A stretch of 63,375 nucleotides of DNA from Ancylonema sp. (GCA_050230475.1 JBFLGF010000020.1:62001-125375); one strand, 5' to 3'. Counted from the first letter of the stretch, positions 25,356-38,300 are shown. Made by a program: numbers and translations. The notes: generated from the letters alone by a model not told the origin.

Positions 25356-26354
25356 TTACTCTGAGTGTTGCAGATCGAGGAAGCGCACGGTGCGTCCCTT
25401 GCCCTTGTTGGGACAAGTCCTGTTGTCATGGCCTCGCAGGCCGCAGTAGTGGCACAACAGGTGGCCAGCCACACGGCGAGCCATTTCCGGTGGTTCCACT
25501 TTCAGGACCTGGCGGCGGGTTCCATCGATGTCCATGGGGACGATTTGCAGGTGAGAGGGCACCTGCTGGGGAAACTGATCCGCAGCTCTGGCTTGGGGGG
25601 AAATGTATGCAGGTTTGGAGGGTCGGTCGAGACTGCTGGCAGCCATGCTGTTCTCCACCTTCTTGACAAAGGTAACGTACGCTGAAAAGGTTTCAGGAGG
25701 TCTTGCACCTTGAAAATTTATCGACGGAGCTCCGGTTTAAGTTTCTCGAAGAAGGTATAGATGCTCGGGTGGTCAGGCCATGGGGGGAAGGTCTTAACAA
25801 TAGCCCTGAACTGGAGAGTGAAGTCTGACACTGAACCGGTTGGTCTGAGTTCGCGCAGGTGTCGTTCCTTGGTGAGTCGGGTATCGCCCTCCCCGAAACA
25901 GTCTTGGAGATCCGTCAGCAGTTGAACTGCGCCAAAACCGTCCGGGAGGTCTCCCGTTGTCGTCGAGGTAGTTAGAGAACCAGTCGTAGGCAAGGCCAGT
26001 TAGTAGAGTGGCCACGTAGTGGACAATCTGAACAGGATTGTGGAACCGCTTAGGTGCCAGCCTGAGCATAGACCGGACCCGGTGGCGGAATGTAGCGACA
26101 TCTTCGGAGGTCCCATTAAATGTAGGAGGGTCAGATGGAACCAGATCTTTGAGTGTAGGGATAGGCTGGTATTCTGAAGTGGCTGGATCGCTTGCAAAAG
26201 CCATGTAATTTGATTCATAAGCAAACTGGTCCGAAAGTTCTGTAAATTTGCCTTTGATGTCTCTATTTTCCTCCGCCAAAACTCTGAATTTTTCATATTG
26301 AGAATGTTGCATCGGACGTAAAGCCATGACTTCCTCTAAATTGGGAGAAGACAT
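25356..26354 (-). pseudogene. Gag of the chromovirus (frameshifted)
   Basis: PPTFNG, LLTGLAYDWF, QTGSV-like LRPTGSVSDF, PMDIDG, zinc knuckle CHYCGLRGHDNRTC. Confidence 0.9.
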
Positions 26355-26449
26355 AGTTGAATAGGTAGGAGATGAAAAAAAGGGAGGCGGCTGAATGAAG
26401 TTCAGATTCAGGATATCCTTAAAAAAAACTTCAAAGATTCCTATCAAAG

Positions 26450-26892
26450 TGTTAGGGACGGATGCAAAAGGCGTCCCTAGCAAGCAAGTTGCAATATGCA
26501 CACAAGCGGAAAGATGGCGAAATTCCGGATAGGACGAGATGGCATGAGCCGATGGAAATGGTGGTGATATAATCGGGAGGCAAGTACATGAGTTGATAGG
26601 AATGCTCTAAAGGCATTCCTATCGACTAGATATAGGAACTGGCTAAAGTCTGAATCACGGTGGGATAACTCACTCCGAATATGATAAAGACACATCAAGT
26701 CTGGCTAACGGCACAATTGCCGGAGCTAAGGACACATCAGAATACTCCCTAGGGGCCAGGCGGCCGCTAGGGACACACAACTCACTCTAAGGGACAGAAC
26801 TCGCTATAGGGGAATCTGAGCTAGTAGCGCGCTAGCGCTAAGTGTGGGGACCTCGCTAAGGAGCCCTAGTGACTGTAGCGAGGGTCTTAACA
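26450..26892 (-). repeat. 5' LTR of the chromovirus
   Basis: TGTTA...TAACA termini; followed by the TSD. Confidence 0.95.
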
Positions 26893-27926
26893 GTAGATGC
26901 CGCGCAGCTTGCCGTAGGTCCTCTTCATCTCTTGGTTCCAGTTGGCGACCACCAAGTCGACACCTCCTTGCTCCTCATAAAGTTTCTGTAGCATGTCTAG
27001 CTTATGATTTTGGACTTGGAAAGGGAGTTGGTTGTCGTAACCTTGGATGGCGCTCTCAGCAATTTGGTGAGGATCACGAAGGGGTAGTTTGGTAATGACC
27101 GCACGAGAGGTGGTTCTGCAGAGACCGTCGTCTTCGCTGGAGGTGAGCCATCGTAGATTTTTGTCCACGTATAGCGCGATCTTGGTGCCAAGATGGTCGG
27201 GTCCGCTGCATGGCTCGTAAATCTGCAGTCCTCTCTCCAAGTGGTTTTCCAGAAAGCGTCGTTGGATTTTTTGCATGGGTACGGCGCCCAGGATATTGAT
27301 GCCGTTCCATCGAGGTACTAGTTGAGGATGGATAATTATGGTACGGGGGGCTCGTCGAACTCTGTCGATGTTGTTTTCCCCGAAGATGCGGATCTGATGG
27401 GTGAGGTGTCGGCGAGAGGCTGGTGCTACTAGTTGTTGTTGTAGTGCGACGGCAACGATGATTTTGGCGTGTGTGGATGGGGGGATTCCATCGACACTTA
27501 TCATGTGTCGAATTGTTGTTCGCTCCACTGGCCATGAAGCTCTGATATATTTTTCCCCGGTGATGCCTCTGAACGTGGCTTTGGACCTGGCAGCGTCGTT
27601 CATGTCGTGGGAATCGTTAAGGTGCAAGAAGTGTTGGAGTCCCAAGGGTTTCTTTGACATGTCGATGTAGCGGTTGACTGCCTCTTGGTCCCGGGTGTGC
27701 TCGTTGACTTCTGTAATGGTAAGTGCAAATTTTTGGTTTAATATGTAATCTCTGAGAATGTAGCTTGCGTGTAAAGGCAAATATTTACCTCGGTTTGTAG
27801 GCACCGGTGCGTAAGAAAGTCGACTGCGAGTGTTGCGAGTTGGAGGTGATGGAGTGCGGGAGTGGCGGCGTGAAGTGGATGGGGCAGCTTCATCGATGGG
27901 GTTGAGCTGGATGTTGTCGATGTCAT
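26893..27926 (-). pseudogene. N-terminal half of the DNMT-like protein with substituted catalytic motifs
   Basis: The 305-aa open frame NHLERGLQIYEPCSG...GGVDLVVANWNQE...GKLRG aligns without gaps around motif IV to HMLTEGVHVVDFFCG...GPIDLIWAVFPCQ...GPGRG. Likely ATG at 27926 with one frameshift near 27800. Confidence 0.78.
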
Positions 27927-29695
27927 GACGCTAGAGATCGCTAAGGTGAAACCCCTCTAGATTGTTCAGGGACCCCTCTAGATTAATACTCTGCTATAAC
28001 GAGAGTATTCGATATAACGATTTTCTAGAATTAGTACTTAACTAGAAAAATAGTGAAGTACGAAATTTGTACGACCGAAAATAATGCGTGGCGTATTTTC
28101 CGAAGTCTAGAATCCAACAGTCTTCAACAAATAGCTGCGTGTCGATTTTGTTAAAATCACAAGTCCCTTTCGACTTGTCGATAAATCCCGGCGATTAAAT
28201 CCAGCCGTAGAACTAGAGTAATATCTCGCGCCGTTTTCATCGGAGCGCCGAGATATGAATAATTGTAATGTTCTAGAAGCCAGCCTGTTGCTATCTTCGA
28301 CAATTTAACTCTAGTTAACTTTGCCGGTTAGTACCGCGCAACAACTTTGTGATAAAAGACAATTTGTACTTTCAGATCTGCCAGCTTCCGCTGTCAGATT
28401 GCGCTGTTAAGAAATCCCTTCCAACAATCTTGTTATCTGAATCCTTGCAATTCTGTGAATATTGCATCCCTTCGCTTACGCGACTTCGCAACGTACGTCT
28501 TCCGACTCAGCCTGACATCCGTCAGCCAGCCAGTAAGATTGCAAATCATTCTTTGCAATCTGTGTGTGTGTGTTCAGTTATTTGATCTGATTCATCTGAA
28601 TCTACTGCTGACGCTCTTTCTGAGCCAGCTTGTTAATCGACTGTAATTTCTTACATCGATTCGCTGACTCTCTCTCTGAGCCAGCAAGCGTACGTGTGTG
28701 TGTTAAACATCTTTCGATTTTCCCACGTTCGCTCCGAGCCGGCAATTTCATTTGTGTGTGTGTGTTTGCTGTCGCTCGCTCCGAGCCAGCATTTGTTGTA
28801 AACACCTGTTGAGCCAGCATCTTTTATCGACGCGCCGTCGATACTTTGCTTTCGCACCGAAAGTAACGCTTACGGTTGTTAACCTTGATAGTCTGCTCCA
28901 GACTATCTTGTTTGCTTTATAGTATATTCACAGACTTTTGTACTATAAACCATCTGTTAGCTCGCCCTCGGCGTTAAGTAGTGAATTTCACCAGACCGCT
29001 GAGACGTGTGATAGATATAAATATCTCAGCAGAGACTCAATCTGCAATACTACTTCAATCCGACCGCGGAAGACCTTGAATTATCAACAATTTAAAGTCA
29101 GAAAAGGTAAATTGCCTCCAAAAAAAAAAAAAGACAACTTTTCTTCTACTATTTTGTATTCAATGTGCTCGCAAGAGTAGTGCATGCACTGGTCACGAGA
29201 TAGTAGAGGGAGATTGACGAAACAAGGGATAACTTAATCTGCTGAAATTGTCGATCGACCAGCTGCACCAGCTGTCGACAATAACTCTCCACGATCACCG
29301 GACATTGATATAATTAATATCGAATCACCAGCTGCACCAGCTGTTGATACTTATATTCATATTGATATTGACAATTTAGCTGGACCAGCTGTCAATATTT
29401 CGGCATTCCATTTGCCAACCACTCTTCTCGATAACGATTCTACAACCCAGGTAGAATTAAAATTTGAACCCAACAAATTGACACGTTCTACATCTGAACC
29501 AAAACATTTTTTGGAACGCCTACCTATAGGCTCTATTAACTTGAAACCTGTTTTGATTATTGACACAGACGACCACATCGTCGACACCACAAAACCTGTG
29601 GCTGGACCATCGACCACTGTTCCCACTACAACGCCACCAACGCTGCAACAACATCCATTTATCGACACAAGATAAAAGGTGGGACAGACTCTACC

Positions 29696-30815
29696 ATGGC
29701 AAACCCAACGCCATTACTAACATATACTGGAGAAATTGGTGTCAAACAAGACGAGTTCATCGATAGTTTGAGACAGTTAGACCGAACTCAACAACGCGCA
29801 CAACGTATGGGGCATGTTACAGTGGGACTCAGTACTAGCTCATCGAGAATGGCAACAGTTTTAACCGTGGTACTACTACTACGGAAGATATTCGAGATAT
29901 GTACCGTGAACATAATTCCAATGTCGCATATAAGGTAGACTGGATGGACAGCATGCACCGATCAAACCCACAGTATCGGCAGCAGAACCAACAAAACTGA
30001 AACTGTTCATCACTACCATCAAAAATCGTTTTCGAAATCCAGCTGCAGAATTTGTCACTTAGATCAAAACATTTTCAGCACGACCCAACGATAGTGTTGC
30101 AACCACACGTTTTAACGAATCCGCAACAATTGTTCAAGAGGCAGGAGCCATGACAAAAGAACAAGTGGCTAGGAGGTATCTACCACATAGTCCTCTACCA
30201 CTACAATTCTATATCGACGACTGGCATTTCCGTGAATCAGAGGAAAGGTATTACAAGAGTCCACCGGATCCTCCTATTACACGGAAGGAGATTATGGAGA
30301 AAGCCAACAAGGCTGAATTACTACGTATGGAACAAGACGCTGAGAACCGCGCAACTGGGATCACGAGATCTCCTAAACTACTTTCATACACTCCATCTAC
30401 TCCATACAATGCTCCTAAACCAACGGGCGTATTGACACCACGACAGGATAACAGCATGGACTGCTACAACTGTCATCAAACCGGACACCTTTCGCGTGAC
30501 TATCCTGCACTAAGGAAACAAAACAACTTCCAGTCATCAGGTTACCAATCTAATAAAAATTCCAAAATCAACCACTCCTCAGGATCACAGTTTAAGGGAG
30601 GTGCGTATGGTACTAAAAACAGACAATCTTTCAAACCACGACCTCGCCAGTTTGATGCAAAACAGTACACCGCTGATGCATTCTGTGAATATTGCAAAGG
30701 GAAACACCACACCCGAGACCAATGTCAGAAACTTGCCAAGGCACAAAACTTACTAACTCTCAGTACACCACCCAGTGCAGATACAACCCAAACAAATCGG
30801 GTGGAAGACTCCTGA
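29696..30815 (+). pseudogene. Retrotransposon Gag-like remnant with two zinc knuckles
   Basis: CYNCHQTGHLSRDY (last Cys mutated) and CEYCKGKHHTRDQC; frameshifted N-terminal part from MANPTPLLTYTGE. Confidence 0.75.
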
Positions 30816-30957
30816 GACGCAGACAAGTTACCTGACTATGCAAGTAGACGACTTGGCACGCGAATTAAAAAACATGTCGCACCAGACAACGGACTCTGAG
30901 GTAATTGACCATACCATTCCATGTCAATACCTTATCATGTCATCACAAGCGCATTTG

Positions 30958-31260
30958 CGCTTGCAAATTGCGCCACCCGGTCCGTAATGTGTTTAATGGC
31001 GCGAATCTAACCCTTAAGCGACAATCGGGTGGGATGTTGACCAACGGGCAACCCAACATCCCAACACACCCCCGTTCGACTCGATGGTCAACATCGGAAC
31101 CGCTTTTCAGCGGCCCCCCCTGACTTTGATACCACTGTGGGGAGAAAATGATGACCAGGCCGGGGAACGAACCCGGGACCTCTCCGTACGCGGGACTCCG
31201 CTTCCCAATTGCGCCACCCGGTCTATAATGTGATCAACGGCGCGAATCTAACCCTTAAGC
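30958..31260 (-). mobile_element. TRIM-like non-autonomous LTR element with a tRNA-like sequence in its LTR (Helenus/Cassandra-like), both ends truncated
   Basis: Partial 5' LTR 31260-31136 ends in CCCCACA; PBS TGGTATCAAAG 31134-31124; ~55 bp spacer; PPT GAACGGGGGTG; 3' LTR starts TGTTGG at 31066 and repeats the GCTTAAGGGTTAGATTCGCGCC...GACCGGGTGGCGCAATT block. Confidence 0.75.
31152..31223 (-). ncRNA. tRNA-like (pol III promoter) module inside the LTR; probably not a functional tRNA
   Basis: Acceptor stem GACCGGG/CCTGGTC+A, A-box TGGCGCAATTGG, T-arm CCGGG-TTCGTTC-CCCGG; anticodon arm non-canonical. Confidence 0.7.
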
Positions 31261-32390
31261 ACAGAATTCCTGCGCGGCATGCCCCCACCCGCCGTGACCG
31301 CTGACCGGTAAGTCAAGTACCTATGCTCGCCGCCAAGTATCCATCCAAACCCCATACGAATAACATGTAGCATAGGTACATCTATGAAAATGCCGATCGG
31401 AGGGACACAGTTAGCCGCCGACTCGTAGTCATACACTTACGCCTACACTTTTAATGTAGGCGCATAGCGTGGGTGTGCCACGTACGGTTACTAGTTGAGT
31501 AGTTCTTGAATATCCATATCCGTGAAATGAAATTTTCAATGTCAATTTTTTTCCCGAACGTATGTAGCCGAATGGACGTGCCACGTATGGCTCGCAAAAG
31601 TATGGCATACGGCGTATGTATTTCTTTTTGCCATATGGGTGCAACTATGATGTTTTCCCCGCGTACATTCTTTGGGAGGGAAAAAACATTCTACCGCGGG
31701 AAGGAGGAAAACCCTACAAATCACCCGGTTCGTCCGGTTCTGAAACGGTTCCATTTCGGAACCGGTTCCCCAAAAAAAAAAAGTAGGTTTGTGCAACTAA
31801 GACACTTTCCGACCCTAGTTTCATAAGTATATGAATGTGAGGCATTTGTTGGTAGGGCTGTAGTTGTGAGTTGTAGGGCGAAACAATAAAAAAGGATTCT
31901 GTTTTTTTGTGGTTTGAATTGATATAACAAAATCGATGGCTTAGATTGCTACATCTAAAGCTTCTAAACCATGAGTGGAACCGCTGCCAAGTGTTTGTTT
32001 AGTCATCGATGATATATAGATGTATATCGACTTTGAGAGTGATTGCCAAATTTCAATACGTATGTGACTTTGTATTGAAATTTCGATTTGAGGAAACGAT
32101 TAAGGCACTGGTGCCTCGGAAAAAAAAAAAAAAGTTGTTAAAAGGCGAAAAGGACGAAAGGTGACGAGCATTGTAGATGAAGAAGTGAATTTTGAAGTAT
32201 CTGAGAATTCGTCTGCAATCTGGGAATTCGTATGTCAAGAGAAGGGACCGAAGAAACCAAACAAAAAGAAGAAGAACGAGAACTACACAACGTAAATTTG
32301 ACTCCGTTTAGTCTCACGAGCAAGACAATCAATATCCAAAACAAAAGAAGAAATAAGAAAAAAAATAAAATGAAGGATTAAAAAGACAAC

Positions 32391-35300
32391 TTATTTTGGA
32401 GAATCGACTCGCCTCCGTCCCACGAGGTTGACCCTAAATGTGCGTATCTCCATCGGACCCAACTCTACAACAGTGCCAAAAGTCAACGGGGCGCCTCTCA
32501 AAGGTGTGGGAGGGGGAGACTTCTCCCCTTCCACCCTCCATTTGAGCGGCTTCAAATCCGATTTCCTCCGGTTGCCAGTCAAACTCAATTCCACTATCTC
32601 ACCAATCTGCCGAAACATACCGGAAAAAAACGTTCCAATAAAAGAAACGCCGGGATATCGATATTAATAATCAAGGATGTGGATAATAATAATTGAGGAT
32701 GGAATACATGAGACAAAACGGATGCGTGATATCGGAGCATCGGATTCGAACATTCGGTGATTATTTATGATTGGTGCAAATATTCGAGGAGGAATGAGAC
32801 GCCATGTTCTTCCTTTGACAAATTCTGGACATTGTATAACTTAGACAACTCACGAACTAAATGGTAAAGTGGGTGCTAAAGACTAAAAGTGATCGTAAAA
32901 TGAATCTTCAATTGTTGATTCTAGAGTTGAACCCCTTCAATCCGAAATTTATATGTAAAACTTTCCATCGTGATAAATTTCTTTTGGCTGGCTTTTTTTT
33001 TTCCTGGGATTTCCGCTAGTAAATGTGGATGGACAAGAAACATGCTTTTCTGGTGGGCTATTTCTGGTGTATTTTTTGGTCTATTCATTTGGTTTTGGAA
33101 ACTCTCTATGTGCCTCAAACCAAGGTTTAAATTTAGATGTCGACCAAAGGAGTGCGTTTCCTAATCGCGATCAATGAGATGACCGAGTCAAAGTCAAAGT
33201 CAAAGTCAAAGTCAACGTCGACTTGATCTACCAAGAAAGTCAACCAAAAAGTCAACCAAAAAGTCAACGCCAAAAAAAGTAAGGCCATGCCCAGAGTAGC
33301 AAGTTGAAATGTAGAATTCAGTTTTTGGAATTCAGAAACGAATGCCCATCTCCTCACCTCTGCAAGTCCAAAGATTTTCGCCACATCCACTTTTGCCAAC
33401 CTCGAGTACTCCTCATCCTCCCCAACCTCGTACAAATGCGCCAACCGCAACAGCACGCCACCATCCGGCAACTCCTGATCAATGGGAGGGGGGGAGGAGG
33501 GGGGATGGGGGCACGTGGATTATCGTTTATCATTTACCATCTATCACTCGTCATTTATCATTTATCATTTATCATTTATCACTTTATCGCTTATCATTTA
33601 TCACTTATCATTCATCATTCATCATTCATCATTAATAATTTTATCATTATCATGAAAAGTCAAAAGATTTGACACCCTCATCTGACCTGGAGCGTTATGA
33701 GGGCGACATTCGGCGGCAGCTCGAATCCCTCCAACACACCCGAGAATGACGTGGCATGTCCACGTTGCTGCCACGTCAGCGCATCGCCCGCGGCCTGCCA
33801 TGTCAGCAGCACCACCACCAGCCAATGAAAAACGAGCCCAACCCGCAGCGAGGATAAAAAATCCCAATTTCCCGTCCAATGAGGACCCAGACTCAAGCAT
33901 GCGAAGCACATGAGACCCAATGAGAGACCAGAATCCGTACCTCGGTCCCAAACGCCAGCTGCAGCGGGAACAGAAGCTTCTGCGCACCTTCCCTGCGCCA
34001 CCTTCCCCCCTCCCCCCTGGGCGTAACCCCCACACGATACCTCCCAGTAACCACCAAACCACGACAACCCTCCCCCTCCCCATCCCCCCCCCCCCCCACG
34101 CACACCCTCTCATTTAATGGCTCCCCCACCCCCTTATTGTCATCTGTGAGCAATCGTCGGTGAATCATCATTTCAATCTCCCCCTGGCGGAGACTGGCCG
34201 CGCCCACGGAGCGGTCAACGAGGACGGAAAGGTCAACGCGGCCGTCGGTGACGTAGATCCCGGCGTTCACCTGAGAGGAGACACACCCAACCCCCAGCCC
34301 CCAACCGCCCCCAGCTGCGTATTAGAGAGACTGGAAAGACGACCTTGGGTGCTCCAAAGACCCCCCGCCCGCCCTGCGCGGGTGCTGACGTCAGCACCCA
34401 CGCGAATGCACATGACGTCATCGTTTCCGAGTCCGTACCGGGTAGAAGTTCCCCGCCACGTCATCGGTGACGTTGAGTGACCAATCATCCCGATGATCCA
34501 CCACCTAGAAGAAAATAATCCCCCCCCCTGGGTTGGTTGGGGGGGGTTCCCTCGATACAGTAACATTTGGTGTGGGGGAAGGGGAGAGGGAGGGCAGGGG
34601 GGGTGATGAGTGTACCCTCTCGATATAGTCACGGCCATTGGAGTCCGTGTAGAACGTCCGCTGGCTGCTGACGTCAGCGGCGGTGAGGCGAGTGATGACC
34701 TCGCGGGCGATGCCGTCGGAAACGGGGATGGGGCCAACCTGAGGGGGGGGGGGGGTTAGAGGGGTTGGATTGGGGGGGGGGGGGGGGGTAGGGATGGGGG
34801 GGGTTATTTTTCCTTACTGTGAATTGTAATTCTGCGAATGGTTCCCCCTTGTAGATGCGGATGACCTGGAGGGGGGATGAACCTTATATGGTTCACGGAT
34901 TATAGAGGGGGATGCAAGGGGGGATGGGGTCGCGGATTCAACCTAATGTGTGGAAAGTCGCTGTGTGTTTGGGCAGACTGTCGAAAATGGAATGTTTTTT
35001 GCATTCGTTTTTTTCCCTTATCTAGTTTTTTTTTTTTTTTTTTTTTTTTATATTTTTTTTGTAATTATTATAACCATTTATGATCTAAATCATAAGTTTC
35101 TTTCCTTTGAAGTTTGACACATATGACTTCACTTTTATACATTTTTTCATTTTCAAATCGTGAATGTCAGATTGAGACCTGTGATACCCAATCACTCCAC
35201 TTCTGATGCACTTCCTCCACCAGCTCGCCCTTAAAAGCCTTGAATTGAACCTGGGGAGGGAAGAAGATAAGAAGGGAACCAGAAACATCAAATCCAACCT

Positions 35301-38300
35301 AATATGAGTTTGGGACTGTAGATTCCAAATTCCAGTCCTTTAATCCTTTTTCGACTTGCTTCCCGACCCCCCCTACTTGTTTTTCTTCTTTTCCGGGGTT
35401 CTATAAAGTAAAAAACTCCCCTTCAGTTATTCTTTGTCTACATATCAAATGGCAGCAGTCAGAGGTTAAGAGTAAGAGAATAGGAGCGCATGAAAAAGGA
35501 ATCGGTCCAGAAAAAAGAAGTGAAAAACGTTTCACAGAGTGGGGTTACGAAGCAACAACGGCCCCCTTCCCAATATTACCATGTGTATAATATATGTATC
35601 ATAACGTATGATACTACCGTAACATATGATACTCATCACCCCCCCACCCCCCCAAATAAAAAAATAAAACACCCCGGTGGTCCTCAACCCCATCCGTGTC
35701 GGCCCCTCTCACTTTTCCCCTCCCCACTTCGTACGCCTCGCTGCTGTTCGGACGGAAGAGATAAGCACCCGACACCTGGCATAACCACAGCCCCCAACCC
35801 CCAACCCCCAACCCCTAACCTCCACAATCTTTCCTTCCTCTTCCCTCCCACTTAGGTAGACACACTTTGTGCCATGCTGTAAATCACATCTCACTCCCAC
35901 CCTGTCGCTGTAGCGAATTCTGACGTAACTGCCGTACTGCCATTTCTGCCATTTCTGCCACTGTGCCATTTCTGCCATTTCTGCCATTTCTTCCATTTCT
36001 GCCATCTCTGCCATATCTACCATTTCTGCCATACCGGCGACGGGTCCGGGTCTGTGGCACTCGGATTGCCCGAGTACCACAGAAACTCCTGCCCCAACTC
36101 ATGCGACACCTGGCAGGCAGAAAACGACAGGGGTCAGGAGAAAGCAACAACAGAAAAAACAGCACAGCCAGGTGGGAAAAACAGAACCGGATCGATTCCC
36201 CCACCTCCTTATTCCGATCCGCGTATCGTTTCAGGTGTCCGGTCTGGGGGTCGAAACTCAGTTCCACCCCCCCCCACCCCTCTCCCAACCCCAACCCCCT
36301 ATCATTGCTGAGGGGTACCTCCACAGCCTCCCCTGCCGAACCTGATCGGGAAAACCAGAATCGTCAGACCAACATGCATCTGAACCTGAACCTGAACCTG
36401 AACCTGAACCTGAACCTGAACCTGAACCTGAACCTGAACCTGAACATGAACCTGAACATGAACCTGAACTTGAACATGAACATGAATTTGATAATGGATC
36501 GGAATGGGAACCCAAAAAGCAGCAAGCATATACTGGCAACAAGTTTTCCAAACCGAGCATGATGGGGAGAAGTGCGTCATCTGATTTTCCACATCCTAGA
36601 ACGGTTTTTGGACCCAGATTTTGAACCCCCACCTGCCTTTCCTCTTCCTATATTCGAACCCAATCGTCCCAAAAAAGCCACCCCCCCAAAAAAAACATTT
36701 CCAACACCCAGAAAAAGAAACCTGGCTCCCCCCCCCAAACCCCTCCCCCCCCCCCTCACCTGCCTCCCCCTTCCCAGCTGCCTTGATGAAGTATGTGGTC
36801 CATCCCAGGGGGGAGGTGGCAGCTTCAAACGTGAGGTCATAGATCGGGTCTGACTCTGACACCGACTCTGCCAGCTGTTCGTTGAAGGCTTGCACCTGCC
36901 ACCTCCTCTCCGCTGATGACACGTGGCCGACAGGTGTCACTTGGGAGCGCACAGGGTGGCCACTCGAATCTGTGACTGCCACGTGTGGGGTTGACACCTG
37001 GCAACAAGGGGGGGGGGTGAGCGGATGAACGAACTAGAAGGTTTTTGGTTCTATGCTTAGGTGTTCACTGGAATTCGTCTGAACCAACTGTGTTAAGAAG
37101 TTATTTTGTAGCTGTATTTGTACTCAAATGTTCGCCCGGACTTCGGATATTGCGTTAAAATCTAGCGTCTATGCTGATAATCTGTCTAAATTACAGAGCC
37201 CCTCGTCCCTAAAAAATATCGATATAGACAGTTTCTTCCATTGATGTAACAACAATCTGCCCAAGTGTGGAGTAGCATTTCAGATTTATTGAGATCGGTG
37301 TTAGGGATCAGAGTCAGTCCTGTTAGTAAAGTTACTATCGATAGGAGTACACCAATACAAATAATAATACTAATAATATAATACTAATAATACTTTGAAT
37401 ATTAATGACACCGACAATACTAATTATACTTATAATTATTACTCATACGTGTACTCTCCCTACTTCTTCTACTCTCTCTACTAGTTCTACTCGTGATTAT
37501 ATCATACACATACTAACACAACTAACATATTTGTACACATATCACTGCCTTTAATAGCATCATACTGATGCTATTATTAACATAAAAATGATTACCGGAC
37601 TTGTGACGTACTCCTTCCGACTCCGCGCTAGGGGGTTATAGGCCACCATAACCTGCAGTAACCAAGAATAAATACCCTGACTTCCCACCCCGGTTACAAG
37701 CACATCCAGGAGAGCCCACTAGCCTCATCCAGCCCATTGAGATTGAAGTCTGGGGTTCAGATTTTCGGGGTTTGGGGTTCAGGGCCATCGTGTATCGCAC
37801 CACGGACGCTCCATTCGAGAAGTCGGTTTCGAGAGGGGTACAGAAGCTGACGTTAAGAAGAGGACACTGCAAAGAGGAGCCCCCCCCAAAAAAAGACATT
37901 TAGGAGAGGACATTTGGTAAATAAATGTGTGTATATTTGTACACACATATATACATACACATGTATACAAATATACATGTTACAGATATATACACATGTA
38001 CATGTTTACATATTTACATGTGTACATATATACATGTGTATATATAATATATGTACCAAAAAACAAAGGAGCCCAAGATCTGTACACTTCTCCTTCCTAA
38101 ACATGCATTTGTGTTTGTTTCGGTTGCAGCGATAAGAGGATCAGTAACAGTGAGACTTCAATAAAAACGCCTCCATTAAGGCACAAAATTATCCCCAACC
38201 GAAAGTGTGCCCTTAAAGAGGGGTGGCCCCTACCAGGTGTCAATAAAAAGGAGACTCAGACTGTTTTGGAAAAGTACAAAGAAACGATCCCCTTACACTA

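Larger units (their letters stand above)
21313..26892 (-). mobile_element. Full-length Ty3/Gypsy chromovirus LTR retrotransposon (degenerate)
   Basis: LTRs 26450-26892 and 21313-21764; TSD GTAGA (21308-21312, 26893-26897); G-rich PPT at ~21765-21780; order gag-PR-RT-RH-IN-chromodomain. Confidence 0.97.

Noticed and set aside
31152..31223. Functional tRNA gene
   Set aside because: Anticodon arm is non-canonical and the sequence is embedded in an LTR next to a PBS.
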